A stretch of 32,000 bases of DNA, taken from contig NC_020409.1 of the NCBI RefSeq assembly GCF_000341895.1, positions 2,850,001 through 2,882,000 on the forward strand, read 5' to 3'. Source of the stretch: Pseudodesulfovibrio piezophilus C1TLV30 (GTDB lineage: Bacteria > Desulfobacterota > Desulfovibrionia > Desulfovibrionales > Desulfovibrionaceae). The notes under the pieces are model-generated. The model was given only the letters and a program-made list of their open reading frames with translations. It did no database searches and was not told the DNA's origin. Below, piece by piece: positions 30,921-32,000 of the stretch. The position numbers and the translations under genes were made by a program. Every line of letters starts with the position of its first letter. Position 1 is the stretch's first letter.

Positions 30921-32000
30921 ATGAAGGGCTCTCTGAAAATTATGCTGCTTGCTCCTTCCTTGGATGTTGGAGGGGCTGAACGACAATTGAGTTTTTTGGC
31001 AAATGGGCTAAGTCAGCGAGGCCACGATGTCCATGTTGCTCTTTTTTACAAACAGGGGGCATTGCTTGCAGACTTGGCCAAGGGAGTTTGTACGCATGAC
31101 TTAAAAAAACAAGGGCGATTAGATCTTTTCGGTTTTATTTGGCGTTTTCGTCGATTGGTTCAATGTAAACGGCCTGATATAATTTACTCTTTCTTAGGCG
31201 TACCTAATCTCACGTCGGTTTTTTTAAAAATGACAGGTATTCGGGTTCCTATTGTTTGGTCGGTACGTGCTTCTGATGTGGATTTGAGTCAATATGGCAT
31301 ACTATCTCGTCTTTGTTATGCTTTGGAATCAAAGTTGTCCAAGTTTGCCGACCACATCATTGTTAACTCTAGTGCCGGGCAAAAATATTCTATGGCCCAA
31401 GGTTATTCTGGAAAAAAAATGTCAGTTATTTTCAACGGAATAGAGACTGATCTTTTCAAGCCAGACAAGGCAGGTGCTGCCCTTTTACGACAGCAATGGT
31501 CTCTACAACGAGACGATATTCTGATAGGGATCGTTGCCCGGCTTGATCCTATGAAGAATCACGAGACTTTTCTTGAGGCCGCGAAATTGGTTTTAGTCGA
31601 AAATCCGAAAATCCGCTTTGCTTGCATAGGTGATGGGCCGCAATATAAGCAGCTGAAAGCTCTGAGCGAGAGACTTGGGCTTTCAGAAAATCTTATTTGG
31701 GTTGGAGCTCGTTCGGATATGCCCAATATCTATAATGCTCTAGATATTTTGTGCCTTTCGTCTGTTACTGAAGGTTTCCCAAATGCTCTTGGGGAGGCGA
31801 TGAGTTGTAGTGTGCCATGTATCACGACAGATGTTGGGGATGCTGCATATGAAGTGGGTGAAACCGGCATTGTCGTGCCTAAATTGAACCCTGAAGCGAT
31901 GGCGATGGCGATGTTAAAAATGATAGAAAACGTGCGCCGTGGCAAAACATTTGCAACTCGGGCGAGGGTAAAAAAACTGTTTTCAGTGGAGCGTATGGTG
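30921..32000 (+). CDS. GT4-family glycosyltransferase, 3' end beyond the window
   Basis: Not in the ORF track because it is open at the right edge. Hand translation: MKGSLKIMLLAPSLDVGGAERQLSFLANGLSQRGHDVHVALFY...IVARLDPMKNHETFLEAAK...LSSVTEGFPNALGEAMSCSVPCITTDVGD... It stays in frame to position 32000. Confidence 0.85.
   Translation, partial: MKGSLKIMLLAPSLDVGGAERQLSFLANGLSQRGHDVHVALFYKQGALLADLAKGVCTHDLKKQGRLDLFGFIWRFRRLVQCKRPDIIYSFLGVPNLTSVFLKMTGIRVPIVWSVRASDVDLSQYGILSRLCYALESKLSKFADHIIVNSSAGQKYSMAQGYSGKKMSVIFNGIETDLFKPDKAGAALLRQQWSLQRDDILIGIVARLDPMKNHETFLEAAKLVLVENPKIRFACIGDGPQYKQLKALSERLGLSENLIWVGARSDMPNIYNALDILCLSSVTEGFPNALGEAMSCSVPCITTDVGDAAYEVGETGIVVPKLNPEAMAMAMLKMIENVRRGKTFATRARVKKLFSVERMV

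Overview
The window looks like a moderately GC-rich, Desulfovibrio-like deltaproteobacterial chromosome. That assignment is an inference from gene content and codon style only. It divides into three parts.

(1) Positions 1-6.1 kb are ordinary core genes. They comprise a TRAP transporter dctP-dctQ-dctM on the minus strand (dctM runs off the left edge and is missing from the ORF track), a secreted FG-GAP propeller protein, and an RsmB/RsmF-type m5C RNA methyltransferase. A tRNA-Val(TAC)-tRNA-Asp(GTC) pair follows, closed by two strong terminators.

(2) Positions 6.1-11.85 kb are an accessory islet directly downstream of tRNA-Asp.
- It begins with an unusually short (~300 aa) Rhs/YD-repeat core protein ending in DPLGL plus a variable tip.
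- A second, independently started ~200 aa Rhs-core copy follows, with a different hydrophobic tip and a small 2-TM immunity-like gene.
- A third cassette encodes a 123 aa protein.
- Two copies of a 47-aa hydrophobic protein gene, too short for the ORF track, show a clear purifying-selection pattern.
- An 89-bp cassette leader occurs twice.
- Both toxin tips carry reading-frame anomalies.
- The islet ends with a decayed ISL3 element that still has recognisable terminal inverted repeats, and a tyrosine-recombinase remnant.

(3) Positions 11.85-32 kb are a visibly AT-richer surface-glycan island.
- It carries a wHTH regulator and an MsbA/PglK-like ABC exporter.
- It contains a neuB-neuC-neuA nonulosonic (sialic-like) acid pathway interleaved with five SAM-methyltransferase-like genes.
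- It also holds a 2-hydroxyacid dehydrogenase, an AsnB-type amidotransferase and a KpsS/KpsC-like Capsule_synth enzyme.
- A beta-propeller protein of unknown function and three GT4 glycosyltransferases complete it.

The best candidates for something undescribed are the mini-Rhs cassette array with its conserved small membrane protein and leader repeat, and the heavily methyltransferase-loaded nonulosonic-acid island. No CRISPR array or rRNA was seen.
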